Of a stretch of 64,000 nucleotides of DNA, positions 21,767 through 32,147 are shown piece by piece; the stretch's first letter is position 1; every line of letters starts with the position of its first letter. The notes beneath the pieces were generated by a model that worked only from the letters and a program-made list of their open reading frames with translations, made no database searches and was not told the origin of the DNA. Origin of the DNA: an uncultured Phycisphaerales bacterium (GTDB taxonomy: Bacteria > Planctomycetota > Phycisphaerae > Tepidisphaerales > Tepidisphaeraceae). The translations under genes and the position numbers were made by a program. The stretch is taken from contig CAWJPJ010000005.1 of the NCBI GenBank assembly GCA_963844715.1, forward strand, positions 256,001 through 320,000. Reading direction: 5' to 3'.

Positions 21767-23841
21767 TTACTGTCCGACCGTTTTCGGAATAAAAAGAAAC
21801 TGCCCCACATCGTCATCAGAATCGGGCAACGCTCTTAAATACTGCGGCGTCAGATCGTGGTAACCCGGAATCGGCAGATTGTGGGCTTCCTGCGAGACCA
21901 CGTCGTGCAGGTATTTATAGAGTTCGTCGTCGGTGACGATGCCGTCGTGGTTGGCGTCGGCGGGCATAAAACCTGAGGCGTCGGGCGTGAGGGCACGAAT
22001 GAGATTGCTGGTGAAGAGAGCTTTTCGCCCGTCATCCCAGCTTTGCTGGTTGGCGGTTCCGGCGGTGATGACGATGCGGGCTTTTTCCTTCCACATGGAA
22101 TAGATGGCGGAGATATCGGCAGGCAAGCCGCCGCGCGAAGAGGTGACGAAGCCGCTGTAGCAGCAATCGACGAGCGTGATCTGGTGGCTGGAGACGACCC
22201 GGTGGCTGATGAAGTTGATGAGGTAGCTCATGTCGAATCCGGTGTCGTCGGCGTCCGTGGGTTTGTATCCGGAGAGGACGAGGTACCCGATCTTGGGTTG
22301 CCCGGCGACTTCGCGCGGGTCCCCGTGGCCGCCGTAGAAGAAGACGAAATTGGTCCGGTTTCCGTCGGGGTAACGGGCGGTTATCCCGCCGATGTCGTTG
22401 ATGGCTTGCTCGAGGGCGATTTTCGTCGAGGGGCCGTCCGCGGCGATATTCGGATCGTCAGGATCAGTCGGGTCTGGGGGACGATCGGTCAACAGCCGCA
22501 TGTTTTTGGGGTCGAAGCCGTAGACGTCGCGAAGGAGCACGTAAAACTGCCTCGCCGTTCGGCAGGAATTCTGTAGGGCCGGGAAATCACCCTGGGGTTC
22601 GCCGACGCCGACGATGACGGCATAGCCCGGCACGTGGATGCCCTGGGAGCGGAGATCCTGGATCAGCTGGCCCGAAAGGACCGAGCCTCGCGCCTGGAAA
22701 TCCACGGGGGAAGATTCATCGGCGCGGGTGACGGGGGCCTCATTCATCGGGGACCGAGAGGAGACCTGCTGCCGATTGAGATGAGTGGTGAGTATCGAGG
22801 CGATAACCGTGACCATCACCGTAACGAACCCGGTCCCCGCGATGGCGGCGACACGCTTGGCGACCTTCTTGCGAACGTCGAAAGCCGGACGCCCTTTGCC
22901 CCATTTGCGAATAATGGACTGGATTTCGGCGCTGGTGAGCTTCGTGCCCGCGCGGGCGCGGCGACGAGCGTATAACCGAAGGGAGCGCCGTCGAACCAGG
23001 GATCTTTAACGGCGTCGGGATTCTTCGCGACCTCGGCGGCTTGAAGCGCGCTGTCCAGGTCCTTGATGGGAAGTCTTTGTATCGGGTCGGTCGAAATCAC
23101 CCAATTGCCTTTTCCCCAATCGACGACAAGCAGGAGATACGACCCGCCGGCCGGAGCCGAGGTGTCGCGGCGGCTCCAATATTTCCAGAGCAGGCTCTTA
23201 GGCTGCTCGAGGAGAAGCATGGAACTGGTCGGCGGACCCCCAGGGAGTTGGACAACCCATTGCTGGCCCCGGCGGACGTCCTCGTGGTAGACGGTTTCGT
23301 CCTTTTTCAGAAAAGCTCGTTCGCGGGCGAATTGGGACGATTCGCTGAACAGATTGGTGACGAAGGGGTCTTTGTCGGCGTCGGCGGCGCGGAGAATGAT
23401 TTGTGCGACGCGGTCCCAGTCTTCCAGGAATTTGGAGGCCGCGAATTGGTCGGTGAGGTCTTCGGCGCCGTTGTTGCGAATGGCGAGGAATAACCCTTCC
23501 ATGGAGCAATCGAGAGGCATGTCGCCCGGCTGGAGGCCCTCGCGCGCCAGCGCCGCGTATTTGGCGAACGTGGCCGCGCCGGCTGGGAGGCCCGCTCCTT
23601 CGACCAGCCGCTGGATGAAGGACGCGGCCAGCATGTCGTCGAGAGTCGGGCGCGTCGTGTCGCACGGCACGACGATGCGCTTCAGCGGGCCAGTCCCCTG
23701 GACGAAATCGGGCAGGCCGTGCGAGACGACTAAGGCGGCAAGATCGCGGCGCTGTGCATCGGACCCTTTGGGAAGAATGAAAATTTCGCCTGCGGGTGCG
23801 GCGTCCTCAGCGGGAAGTTTGTCTCGAAATACAATCTCCAT
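21767..23841 (-). CDS. Membrane-anchored caspase-family (peptidase C14) protein with ~310-aa N-terminal domain; one frameshift ~22955
   Basis: C14 motifs 'AVIVGV', 'FVFFYGGHG' (His), 'LVDCCYSG' (Cys), 'LFTSNLIRAL', 'ADANHDGIVT'; TM 'VAAIAGTGFVTVMVTVIASIL' links ORFs 22816..23916 and 21767..22819. Confidence 0.8.
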
Positions 23842-23963
23842 GGGTGTACCGAGTATCATATCGTCACAACGCCCGGGATTGGTACCCCGGCCAGTCTTGA
23901 CCCGCGAGCCCTCCAAAGGTTGGTAAGCAGCAGCCCTAGAAAGATTTAAGGATCGTATAACCC

Positions 23964-24386
23964 ATGAAATCGCACACCGAATATCTGACCTTTAACCTCC
24001 CCGCCCGCATGGCTTTCCAGCGAATTACCGAGGACGTAAAACGGGTGGTGAACGCCAGCGGCGTGAAGGAGGGATTGGTCCTGGTCAATGCCATGCACAT
24101 CACCGCCAGCGTATTCATCAACGACGACGAGCCGGGCTTGCATCACGATTATCAAAAGTGGCTGGAGGAGTTAGCGCCTTTCAATGCTTCGGGCCAAGTC
24201 TATCAGCATAATCGCACTGGCGAGGACAACGCGGATGCGCATTTAAAAAGGCAGATCATGGGCAGAGAAGTGGTCGTCGCGATCACCAACGGCAAGCTGG
24301 ATTTCGGGCCCTGGGAGCAGATCTTTTATGGAGAGTTCGACGGCAGACGCAATAAGCGGGTCCTGGTGAAGGTGATTGGCGAGTAA
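23964..24386 (+). CDS. yjbQ: YjbQ family (UPF0047) protein
   Basis: '[10 protein letters not shown]', '[14 protein letters not shown]', '[15 protein letters not shown]'. Confidence 0.92.
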   Translation: MKSHTEYLTFNLPARMAFQRITEDVKRVVNASGVKEGLVLVNAMHITASVFINDDEPGLHHDYQKWLEELAPFNASGQVYQHNRTGEDNADAHLKRQIMGREVVVAITNGKLDFGPWEQIFYGEFDGRRNKRVLVKVIGE

Positions 24387-24440
24387 TTTCCTGGATGACA
24401 ACGGTTGCCAACGGCGGATTCCTGGTGGTAATATGTGCGT

Positions 24441-24707
24441 ATGTCTCGCGACGCAACAATCAACGTCTCTTTAACTCCCAAGCAATTGCGGCTGCTGCGC
24501 GAGCGCGTCGAATCGGGCGACTACACGTCGGCGAGCGAGGTCGTCCGCGAGGGGTTGCGGATGCTTTTTCAAAAAAATCGTCTCGGCGTACGTACGCCTC
24601 CTGGGAAACTTCGGCGGCAATTGGAAGCGGGTTATCGGGCGACTGCGAATCGGGATCGTAAATTGGCCAAAGAATGGGAAAGACTTCCAGGCGCATGGCC
24701 AAAGTAG
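24441..24707 (+). CDS. Ribbon-helix-helix (ParD-like) antitoxin
   Basis: 'INVSLTP...VESGDYTSASEVVREGLR'; overlaps the downstream toxin. Confidence 0.85.
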   Translation: MSRDATINVSLTPKQLRLLRERVESGDYTSASEVVREGLRMLFQKNRLGVRTPPGKLRRQLEAGYRATANRDRKLAKEWERLPGAWPK

Positions 24708-25063
24708 ACTATCCCCACCGGGGCGAAATCTGGGTGGTGCGATTCGACCCCGCGGTCGGCGCTGAAATTCAAAAGACGCGACCCGCTCTCGTCATTCAAA
24801 ACAATGTGGGCAATCGGGTTTCGCCAATCACAATAGTGGCGGCGATAATGTCGTCGCGGCATCGCGTTTACCCGGTCGAGGTTTACCTGCCATCCGGCGA
24901 GGGAGGTCTCGATGCCGACTCGATTGTCATGTTAAACCATATTCGGTCCGTCGACCGGAAACGGCTTATGCGACGATTAGGCAGCGTATCCGAGGAAACG
25001 ATGAAGTCGGTGGATCAAGCGATTCTGATCAGCCTGGGCGTCGATCTGTCGAGATTGGCTTAG
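24695..25063 (+). CDS. mazF: MazF/PemK family toxin
   Basis: 'RGEIWVVRFDPAVGAEIQKTRPALVIQNN', 'IRSVDRKRL'. Confidence 0.92.
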   Translation: MAKVDYPHRGEIWVVRFDPAVGAEIQKTRPALVIQNNVGNRVSPITIVAAIMSSRHRVYPVEVYLPSGEGGLDADSIVMLNHIRSVDRKRLMRRLGSVSEETMKSVDQAILISLGVDLSRLA

Positions 25064-25084
25064 CCCGACCGGGGGCGTTGTGAT

Positions 25085-26972
25085 TCAGGGAGCTTGCGTC
25101 GCGGCCAAGGCGCTTTTGATGGCGGCTTGCAGTCCGTCGTTTATCGGGCCTTGCGGGGATTGCACGATCACATCGTCGAGTTCGATTGAATTGTTTGGCA
25201 GCGCAGATTGCGGCGGCGCATTGCTCGTCTGCGTGAATTGCAAAGCCCATTCCTTCCCCTCGGCAACGCACACGACATTTATCGCCGGGTCGGATTGATC
25301 ATTTGTGCCGGCATCGGTCACGTATTGCATGGATTTAATTTTGATTCCGAAAAGCGTGAGCCGCGAAACCCGGCAGGCGAATTCGTCGAAGGGTTGGAAG
25401 CTGTAAATGCCCGGATAAGGGTCGCCCGCGGCGTTTTTTATTGCGAAGACGGTCTGGCCCCATGTGCGGTACTTGATGCCGGAGCCGGCGCGCCACCGTG
25501 CCAGATCATCGGGGTTGGCAGTGACGTTGATCGTGACGACGTGGAATTCCTTGCCGTCATCTTCGTAGTAGCCGGTGTCCACTTTGCGGATGGCGTCCGT
25601 GATGTGGAGGCGGTCGCGAAGCCGCGCGACGGTGCTTGTGGAGGACCAATCGAGACGAACCAGCGGCCGACCGCTAAGGCGCAGGGCATCCAGGTATTGG
25701 AGACCCGGATCGTCCGCGATGGCGCGGGCCGCGGCAATTTGGACGGCGGGAGCTCCGGTCGCCTGGACGACGATTGAGCCGATCGCGTAGGCGAAGTTTT
25801 CCTCCGTGTCGGAGCACAGGGCATCGCGCAATTGCTTGGCGGAGTCCTCGCTTGAACAGGTCATCATGCTCACGCCCCCGTCCTCCAGACTGATGCGAGT
25901 GATCCGCCGAACCACCGATCGCAATTCTGCCTGCGAATCATCGACCGGCAGTTGGGCGATGGCATCGGAGAGATCTTTCCCGTCGAGCGGAGAGATTTTT
26001 TGGACAGTTATGTCGGCGTCGCTTTTCAAGGCGGCGAACATTTGCTGCTCGGTGAGCGCACTGGAATCCGGCGCGGGGGTGGCGACGGACGCGCCAGAGA
26101 GATCTAGAGAGGCCGCGGGAGTGGGGACGGCGGTTTGAACGATCGGCGCGGCGGAGGCCGTGATGGACTTGACGATTCGAATCGCCGCCGGCACGGTCGG
26201 CACAGCCACGGCGGCGGCGGTAAGTAGGATCGCGGCAATTTTTATATGAGCCCACGCCATGGCGCATCCCGGCTTTATGAGCGACGGCTGCGGCGAATGC
26301 GCCCTTGGCGACGGCACCGCCGGAAGCGGTAATCAGATGAACCAGATGAATTGGCGCCGCTTGGGTGCCGTGTTGGAGCAATTGCTCGCCGAGGAGGGCT
26401 GGCGCGGGGCTGGTTGCACCCAGGAGATTTCTCAGACGCTCCATTCCGCGTTCGACGCGTTTGCGGGCCGCGTCTTCGCCGATGCCGAGCGCGGCGCCAA
26501 CTTCACGTAAGTTCATGCCGCGCAAATATCGAAGGGCAATGGCATCGCGGTCATCGCGTTTGAGGCGCGAGAGCGCGGAGTCGAGCGAACCTTCGATATC
26601 TTCCCAGTTTTCGCGGTGGGAATTGGAGAGGATTTCTGATTTCATCTTCGCCGCCTGTTGCTCGTGGAAGGTTCGCCGCATCGTTAGTTTGATCGCGTTT
26701 TTGCAGCAGTAGTGAGTCGAGAGGAGGAGCCACCCGGCCAGGGGTCCGCGGATGGATGCCGCCTTGGTGGTCAGGAGAAGGAAGACCGCCTGGGTGATGT
26801 CTTCCGCTTGGTGCGCATCCCGGAGCTGCCGCCGGGCGGCGGAATAGACCAGGTCGGCATATCGATGCACCAATTCCGCAAACGCCTCCGAGGACCGGTT
26901 TTGGGCATATTGCCCCAAGAGCTGACGATCGTCAGGAGGGGCGGCCAACGATTGATCAGGAACTCGCGCCAT
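25085..26972 (-). CDS. ECF sigma factor with transmembrane segment and long C-terminal extension, frameshifted (~26265)
   Basis: Sigma2 'AFAELVHRYADLVYSAARR...AEDITQAVF', sigma4 'DRDAIALRYLRG...VGAALG...AARKRVERG'; continues through TM 'IKIAAILLTAAAVAV' into ORF 25085..26317. Confidence 0.85.
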
Positions 26973-27119
26973 ACATTGAATAATGTACCGCAAAATGGGG
27001 ATCGGACAGCGGTTTTGCGGGATTTTGGGCGTCCCGGAGACGGGGGAAAGGGAATACGATTTGCAATTGGCGACCGATAAATGAGTCGCCGCGGCGACAC
27101 GAATCGATAATCGAAAAGG

Positions 27120-27848
27120 GTGAACGTTATGAGGTTGGTAATTGTTCTCGTCCTCAGCGCGGTGGCGGGGTTGGCGAGTCTATCCGTCGGGCAGTGGCAG
27201 CAGCAGCCGCAGGTGGACCAAAGGACAGGGCCGATTTATCCGCCCAATCCCGCTTACGATTTCCATTCGCGGCGGGGGAATTACGATCCCTTCCAATTTA
27301 ATTGGTATTCCGGGCAATGGGATTACTTTCCCGTGCCGTTTTCGTCGGGAGAGGCGTCGAATGAGGGGCAGCCGCCGTACGTTTACAACAATATGCTTCA
27401 GAACTGGAACGGAAATCTTCCCGAGTACGCGCCGGTACAAACTTCGCCAGGCGTGGGGTCGGTGCCCGCGCCGCCGCCGGAGAGCGAGCAACAGCCCATC
27501 GGGGACCTGGGCCTCTGGGGACCGACGAGCCGGCCCGAGGTGCAAGTCGGGACCCAGGAGGTGAAGTTCTGCGGCAAACTGACTTCGATGCGGACGATCG
27601 ATCTGATGGGCGTGGCCCATCCGCAACTTCTGCTTCGGCTCGTGAGCGCCAAGGGGGCGAAAGGGACGGTTGACGCGGGGGACAATCTGCAATTGCCGCC
27701 GCTGCATGATTTATCCGATCTTCAGATCACCGCCACGGGAAAGCTCGGGATGGTGGATGGGAATCTCGTATTGTTCGCCGACAAGCTCGAGTTTGGGAAT
27801 ACGACGGTGGATGTGAAGCGGGAGGCCACGACGCAGCCCTCGAAATAA
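27120..27848 (+). CDS. Hypothetical secreted protein
   Basis: Signal peptide, Pro/Gln/aromatic-rich segment, beta-rich C-terminus ending ATTQPSK. Confidence 0.7.
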   Translation: MNVMRLVIVLVLSAVAGLASLSVGQWQQQPQVDQRTGPIYPPNPAYDFHSRRGNYDPFQFNWYSGQWDYFPVPFSSGEASNEGQPPYVYNNMLQNWNGNLPEYAPVQTSPGVGSVPAPPPESEQQPIGDLGLWGPTSRPEVQVGTQEVKFCGKLTSMRTIDLMGVAHPQLLLRLVSAKGAKGTVDAGDNLQLPPLHDLSDLQITATGKLGMVDGNLVLFADKLEFGNTTVDVKREATTQPSK

Positions 27849-27914
27849 ATTCGGTTTGCAAGATAACCCGGGCATGTTAGAAACCGGGCATGGCTAAAAA
27901 ACAGATTCGCAAGC

Positions 27915-28943
27915 GTGCTGCACAAGGCACGTCGTAAAGGGGCAAGCAAGGCACAACAGGTAAATCCCGGCCGGATATTGGAGATGGTCTGGGATTTTGC
28001 TAGGCCGATGATCGCCGAGGCGGCGCTGCATTTGGGCGTCTTTGACGCGATGGATGCAGGGGCGAGGACGATCGCGCAGATCAGCGAAAAAACGGGCGCA
28101 TCGGCGCGCGGGGTCACCTCGCTCATGGACGGCCTGGTGGGGATCGGCCTGGTGACCCGGCGCGGCGAGCAATTCAAGATGACGCCGGATACCGCGATGT
28201 TCCTTGTGCATGGGAAGCCGCCGTTCGTCGGGGGCCTGCTCAAACACGTGAGCGGCCAATTGATCAGCGGATGGATGAACCTGGTCGAGTGCGTTCGGTC
28301 CGGCAAGCCAACAAAATCGGTGAACCAGCAGCAAGCCGGCGGAGAATTTTTCGCGAAATTTGTCGAGGACATTTTCAATATGAGCTTCGTCGCGGCAATG
28401 GACGCGGCGGCGGCCGTCATCGACGACGAGGAGCCGGTCCGCGTGCTGGACATCGCGGCCGGGTCGGGGGTTTGGGGCATCGCGATGGCGAAGGATCGCC
28501 CCCATGTCAGCGTGACGGCGGTCGATTGGCCCGAAGTCATCCCAGTGACGCGCCGGGTAGCCGAAAAACATGGCGTCCACGAACGATTCAATTTTGTCGA
28601 GGGAGATATTCTTCTGGCGGACTATGGGTCCGGGCATCACGTCGCCACGCTGGGCCATATTCTGCACAGCGAGGGTGAAGGCCGCAGCCGGCAATTGCTG
28701 AAACGCGTGCACGACGCGATGGCGCCGGGCGGGACGATCGTGATCGGCGAATTTCTGACCGACGAGGGCCGCCAGGGTCCGGCGACGCCGCTAATTTTTG
28801 CCGTCAACATGCTGGTGAATACGGAGGAGGGAGATACATATTCATTCAAGCAGATCGCCTCCTGGCTGAAAGAGGCCGGCTTCAAAAAACCAAGGCCGCT
28901 CAAGACGCACGGCCCCTGGCCCCTGGTTTTGGCAACGGCGTAG
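27915..28943 (+). CDS. SAM-dependent O-methyltransferase (dimerisation + methyltransferase domains); true start may be ATG 27890 via a frameshift
   Basis: 'ALHLGVFD', 'VLDIAAGSG', 'VDWPEV', 'GHILH', 'MAPGGTIVIGE'. Confidence 0.88.
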   Translation: MLHKARRKGASKAQQVNPGRILEMVWDFARPMIAEAALHLGVFDAMDAGARTIAQISEKTGASARGVTSLMDGLVGIGLVTRRGEQFKMTPDTAMFLVHGKPPFVGGLLKHVSGQLISGWMNLVECVRSGKPTKSVNQQQAGGEFFAKFVEDIFNMSFVAAMDAAAAVIDDEEPVRVLDIAAGSGVWGIAMAKDRPHVSVTAVDWPEVIPVTRRVAEKHGVHERFNFVEGDILLADYGSGHHVATLGHILHSEGEGRSRQLLKRVHDAMAPGGTIVIGEFLTDEGRQGPATPLIFAVNMLVNTEEGDTYSFKQIASWLKEAGFKKPRPLKTHGPWPLVLATA

Positions 28944-28956
28944 CCGCCCTAGAGGC

Positions 28957-29097
28957 GGAAACCCGAAACCAGAGATGGCGAATCAAATCCGAATCCCCAA
29001 ATGAACCGATGAGCAAATGGTCCTTTCGTTCATTTGGGCATTCGGGCATTCGGGCATTCGGGTTTGATTCGGATTTCTGGTTTCTGGTTTCGGAGTT
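28957..29097. repeat. Short-unit inverted-repeat element between convergent genes
   Basis: AAACCCGAAACCAGA/GAATCAAATCCGAAT arm, three GGGCATTC units, and complementary arm TTCGGGTTTGATTC/TCTGGTTTCGG. Confidence 0.75.
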
Positions 29098-30330
29098 TCA
29101 TTTAACGGGCTCCAGCTTCGGAACCATAATATGAAAGATAAGGAACGCAATCACATAAGCCGACCCGCAGAGCGGCAGGATATGCCCGTATTGGGAGGCC
29201 CCCTGGAGGGCGTGGCCCACATAGATTGAAAAGAGAATGGATGCCACGGCGGCGCAAGTCCCCCCCAGCCCGACGATGGACCCCACTGCCGGGGTCGGAA
29301 AAAGGTCCGCGACGACCGTATACATCGTGGCGGACCACCCTTGATGAGCCGCAGCCGCAAGAGCGAAGCAGGCCGTGGCTAGCCAAACGCTTTGCATGTG
29401 GGGAACGAAAATGACCGGGACCGTGCAGAGCGCGCAAAGAAGTGCGGCGAGTTTTCTCGAGACATTAAGCGACCACCCCAGCCGCAGGAACCATGCGGAG
29501 AGCGCCCCGCCGCCGACACTGCCGAAACAGGTCACCGTATAGACAGCGATCAGCGGCGGACCGAAGGTGGCAAGATTGAGATGGAACTGCTTGTTGAAAA
29601 AATCCGGGAGCCAAAAGAGATAAAACCACCACACCGGACCGACCAAAAGTCCCGTGGCGACATAAGCCCACGTCTGCCGGAATGCCAGCAGATCGATCCA
29701 CGGGATTGCGACCGACGGAGTTGAGGAAAGTGCCCGTCGAGGTTCACGATAGACAATCAGCCAAAGTAGAAGCCAGCCGAAGCCCGCGACCCCAAGGGCG
29801 ACGAACGCGGCGCGCCAGCCGAGCGAGAACGTGAGGATCGGGACGAGCCAGGGCGTGAGGATGGCCCCGATGTTGGACCCGGCATTGAAGATTCCCGTCG
29901 CAACCGAACGCTGCCGCGGCGGGAACCATTCCGTGACCGCCTGGATCGCTGTTGGATAATTCCCGCTTTCCCCGATCCCAAGCGCAAATCGAGCGATGCC
30001 AAATTGAAATGGCGTGCCAGCCAGGGCATGCGCGGCGGCCGAGAGGCTCCAGATGATGATGGAAACGGTGTACGAAATCTTCGTGCCGATGGATTTGATG
30101 ATCGGGCCATAGAGCACCTGCCCAATGGCGTAGGCGGCTTGGAACGCGGCCACGATGTACCCGTAGTCGGCGTCGGTCCAGTGGAAAGTTTTAGAAAGGT
30201 CCGGCTTGAGCAGCCCGAGAATCTGCCGGTCCATGTAATTGATGAGCGTGGCCAGAAAGAGCAGCGCGACGACAATCCAGGGATAACGGCTTTTGTTGGC
30301 GGCGGTTTGCGTTTCCGGCTGCAGGTCCAT
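29098..30330 (-). CDS. MFS transporter, hexuronate transporter (ExuT-like)
   Basis: 'LINYMDRQIL', 'GIGESGNYP', 'EWFP..QRSVATGIFNAGSNIGA', 'WWFYLFWLP', 'AHQGWSA'. Confidence 0.9.
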   Translation of the reverse strand: MDLQPETQTAANKSRYPWIVVALLFLATLINYMDRQILGLLKPDLSKTFHWTDADYGYIVAAFQAAYAIGQVLYGPIIKSIGTKISYTVSIIIWSLSAAAHALAGTPFQFGIARFALGIGESGNYPTAIQAVTEWFPPRQRSVATGIFNAGSNIGAILTPWLVPILTFSLGWRAAFVALGVAGFGWLLLWLIVYREPRRALSSTPSVAIPWIDLLAFRQTWAYVATGLLVGPVWWFYLFWLPDFFNKQFHLNLATFGPPLIAVYTVTCFGSVGGGALSAWFLRLGWSLNVSRKLAALLCALCTVPVIFVPHMQSVWLATACFALAAAAHQGWSATMYTVVADLFPTPAVGSIVGLGGTCAAVASILFSIYVGHALQGASQYGHILPLCGSAYVIAFLIFHIMVPKLEPVK

Positions 30331-30521
30331 GGTTGGGATGGTGGATTAGATTCGCAGCGTGTCGGACGTGCAAGCCAGAAGGAATTGGATCGGTTAAAGT
30401 GTTCGTAGCGAGGAGGTGCGCTGGCTCGAATAGGAGTCGGCGTTGCCGATTCGATGGCGGTAGGCTGGCCTGATGGGTAAAGGATGAGCCATTTCGCAAG
30501 GCGGCCCAGGGGAGTGGTTAT

Positions 30522-31968
30522 ATGAGTGACACCATTGAGCACGGCTGGGGGGATCAGGGCGACGGGACGTTTCGGAACCCCGTTCTCAACTCGGATTTCT
30601 CCGATCCGGATATTTTGCGCCTCGGCAACGATTTTTATCTCACCGCTTCCGATTTCCATTTTGTGGGGATGCAGGTCCTCCACTCGCATGATCTGGTGAA
30701 TTGGAAAATCGTCGGGCAAATATTCAATCGGCTTTCGATGGACCAGAAGTACGACCAGATGCGCGGGTATGGTCAGGGAACCTGGGCTCCGGCTTGGGGG
30801 TATCACGACGGCCGGTTTTTTGTTTATGTGTGCACGCCGTTCGAGGGGCTGTTCATGTGGCACGCCGATGACCCGGCGGGAAAATGGTCGGAAATGGTAA
30901 CCGTGAATAAAGTGCAGCGATGGGAAGACCCATGCCCCTTCTGGAATGACGATGGGCAGGCGTATCTCATCCACAGCCACAAAGGCGCGGGCCCGCTGAT
31001 TCTGCACAAGATGAGTCCCGACGGGTTTCGATTGCTCGATGAAGGCGTCGAGATTTATCGGGGCCCCACGGCCGAGGGACCAAAACTCAAAAAACGCAAC
31101 GGCTGGTATTTTATCTTTCTTCCTGAGGGAGGCGTGGCGACGGGTTGGCAGACCGTTTTGCGCTCTCGAAATATTTATGGGCCGTACGAGGCCAGAATCG
31201 TCCTGCCGCCGGGAAGCCCGCATCAGGGCGGCGTCGTCGATCTGGATAGCGGGGAGACCTGGTTTTTAGGATTCAAATCAACCGGACATCTGGGGAGGGT
31301 CTGCCATCTTCAGCCCGTGAAGTGGGGGAGCGACGATTGGCCAGTGTTTGGGGATGAGGGGAACGCCGTCGAAGTTTGGAAAAAACCGGACGTTGGCGCC
31401 ACGTATCCCCCTGAACTTCCCAAGACGAGCGATGAATTTGATTCCGGCGCGCTCTCCCCGATCTGGCAGTGGAATCACAATCCCGTGAACGAGGCATGGT
31501 CTTTAACGGAGAGGCCAAGCTGGCTTCGCTTACGCGGACTCCCCGCCGACCGATTGGCCACGGCTCGAAATACCCTCACCCAGAAATTGTGGGGCGATCG
31601 AGGACGAATCGAAATCCTGATGGATGCCGCCAATCTATCCGAGGGACAGCGAGCGGGCCTGGCCTTCATCAGCGGCGAAGAATTCGCCTGGATCGGCGCG
31701 CTTCGAAAAAATGGCAAATTGCTTGTGAGTTGGGAGGGCGGCGAGGGATTGGAGATTGCACGACAAGTATGGTTGCGCGGGCATTATGACGGAGACGCGG
31801 CAAAGTTCAGTTACAGCGTAAACGGAAAAACGTGGATCGAGTCGCCAGTGACCGCCCAACTAAAATTTGCATGCTGGAAGGGCGGCTCGCCCAGCGATTT
31901 ACTGCTACGGAACCGGCCCCGGCTGGGCAGATATAGATTATTTCCGGTACGAACCAGGCAACAAATAA
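30522..31968 (+). CDS. Glycoside hydrolase family 43 (beta-xylosidase-like), frameshift ~31885
   Basis: 'NPVLNSDFSDPDI', 'WAP', 'EDPCPFW', 'EGPK', 'HQGG', 'WQWNHNP'; corrected tail 'ADIDYFRY' stops at 31968. Confidence 0.92.
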
Positions 31969-31971
31969 TCG

Positions 31972-32081
31972 AACCGCGGAGAACGCCCACAACGCCAACT
32001 CAAATCCGGGAATATTACTTTTCTTAACCAATTCATTTGTTTTCTCCTCCGATCTCCGCGCCCTCCGCGTTCTCCGCGGTT
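31972..32081. repeat. Long inverted repeat downstream of GH43
   Basis: AACCGCGGAGAACGC ... GCGTTCTCCGCGGTT arms, with CTCCGCG tandem units. Confidence 0.65.
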
Positions 32082-32147
32082 GAATTAGAATTTCGTATCG
32101 CAGCGCACTTGACCGCGCCAAAGATTTGCCTTCCAATTCCCCGCTTA

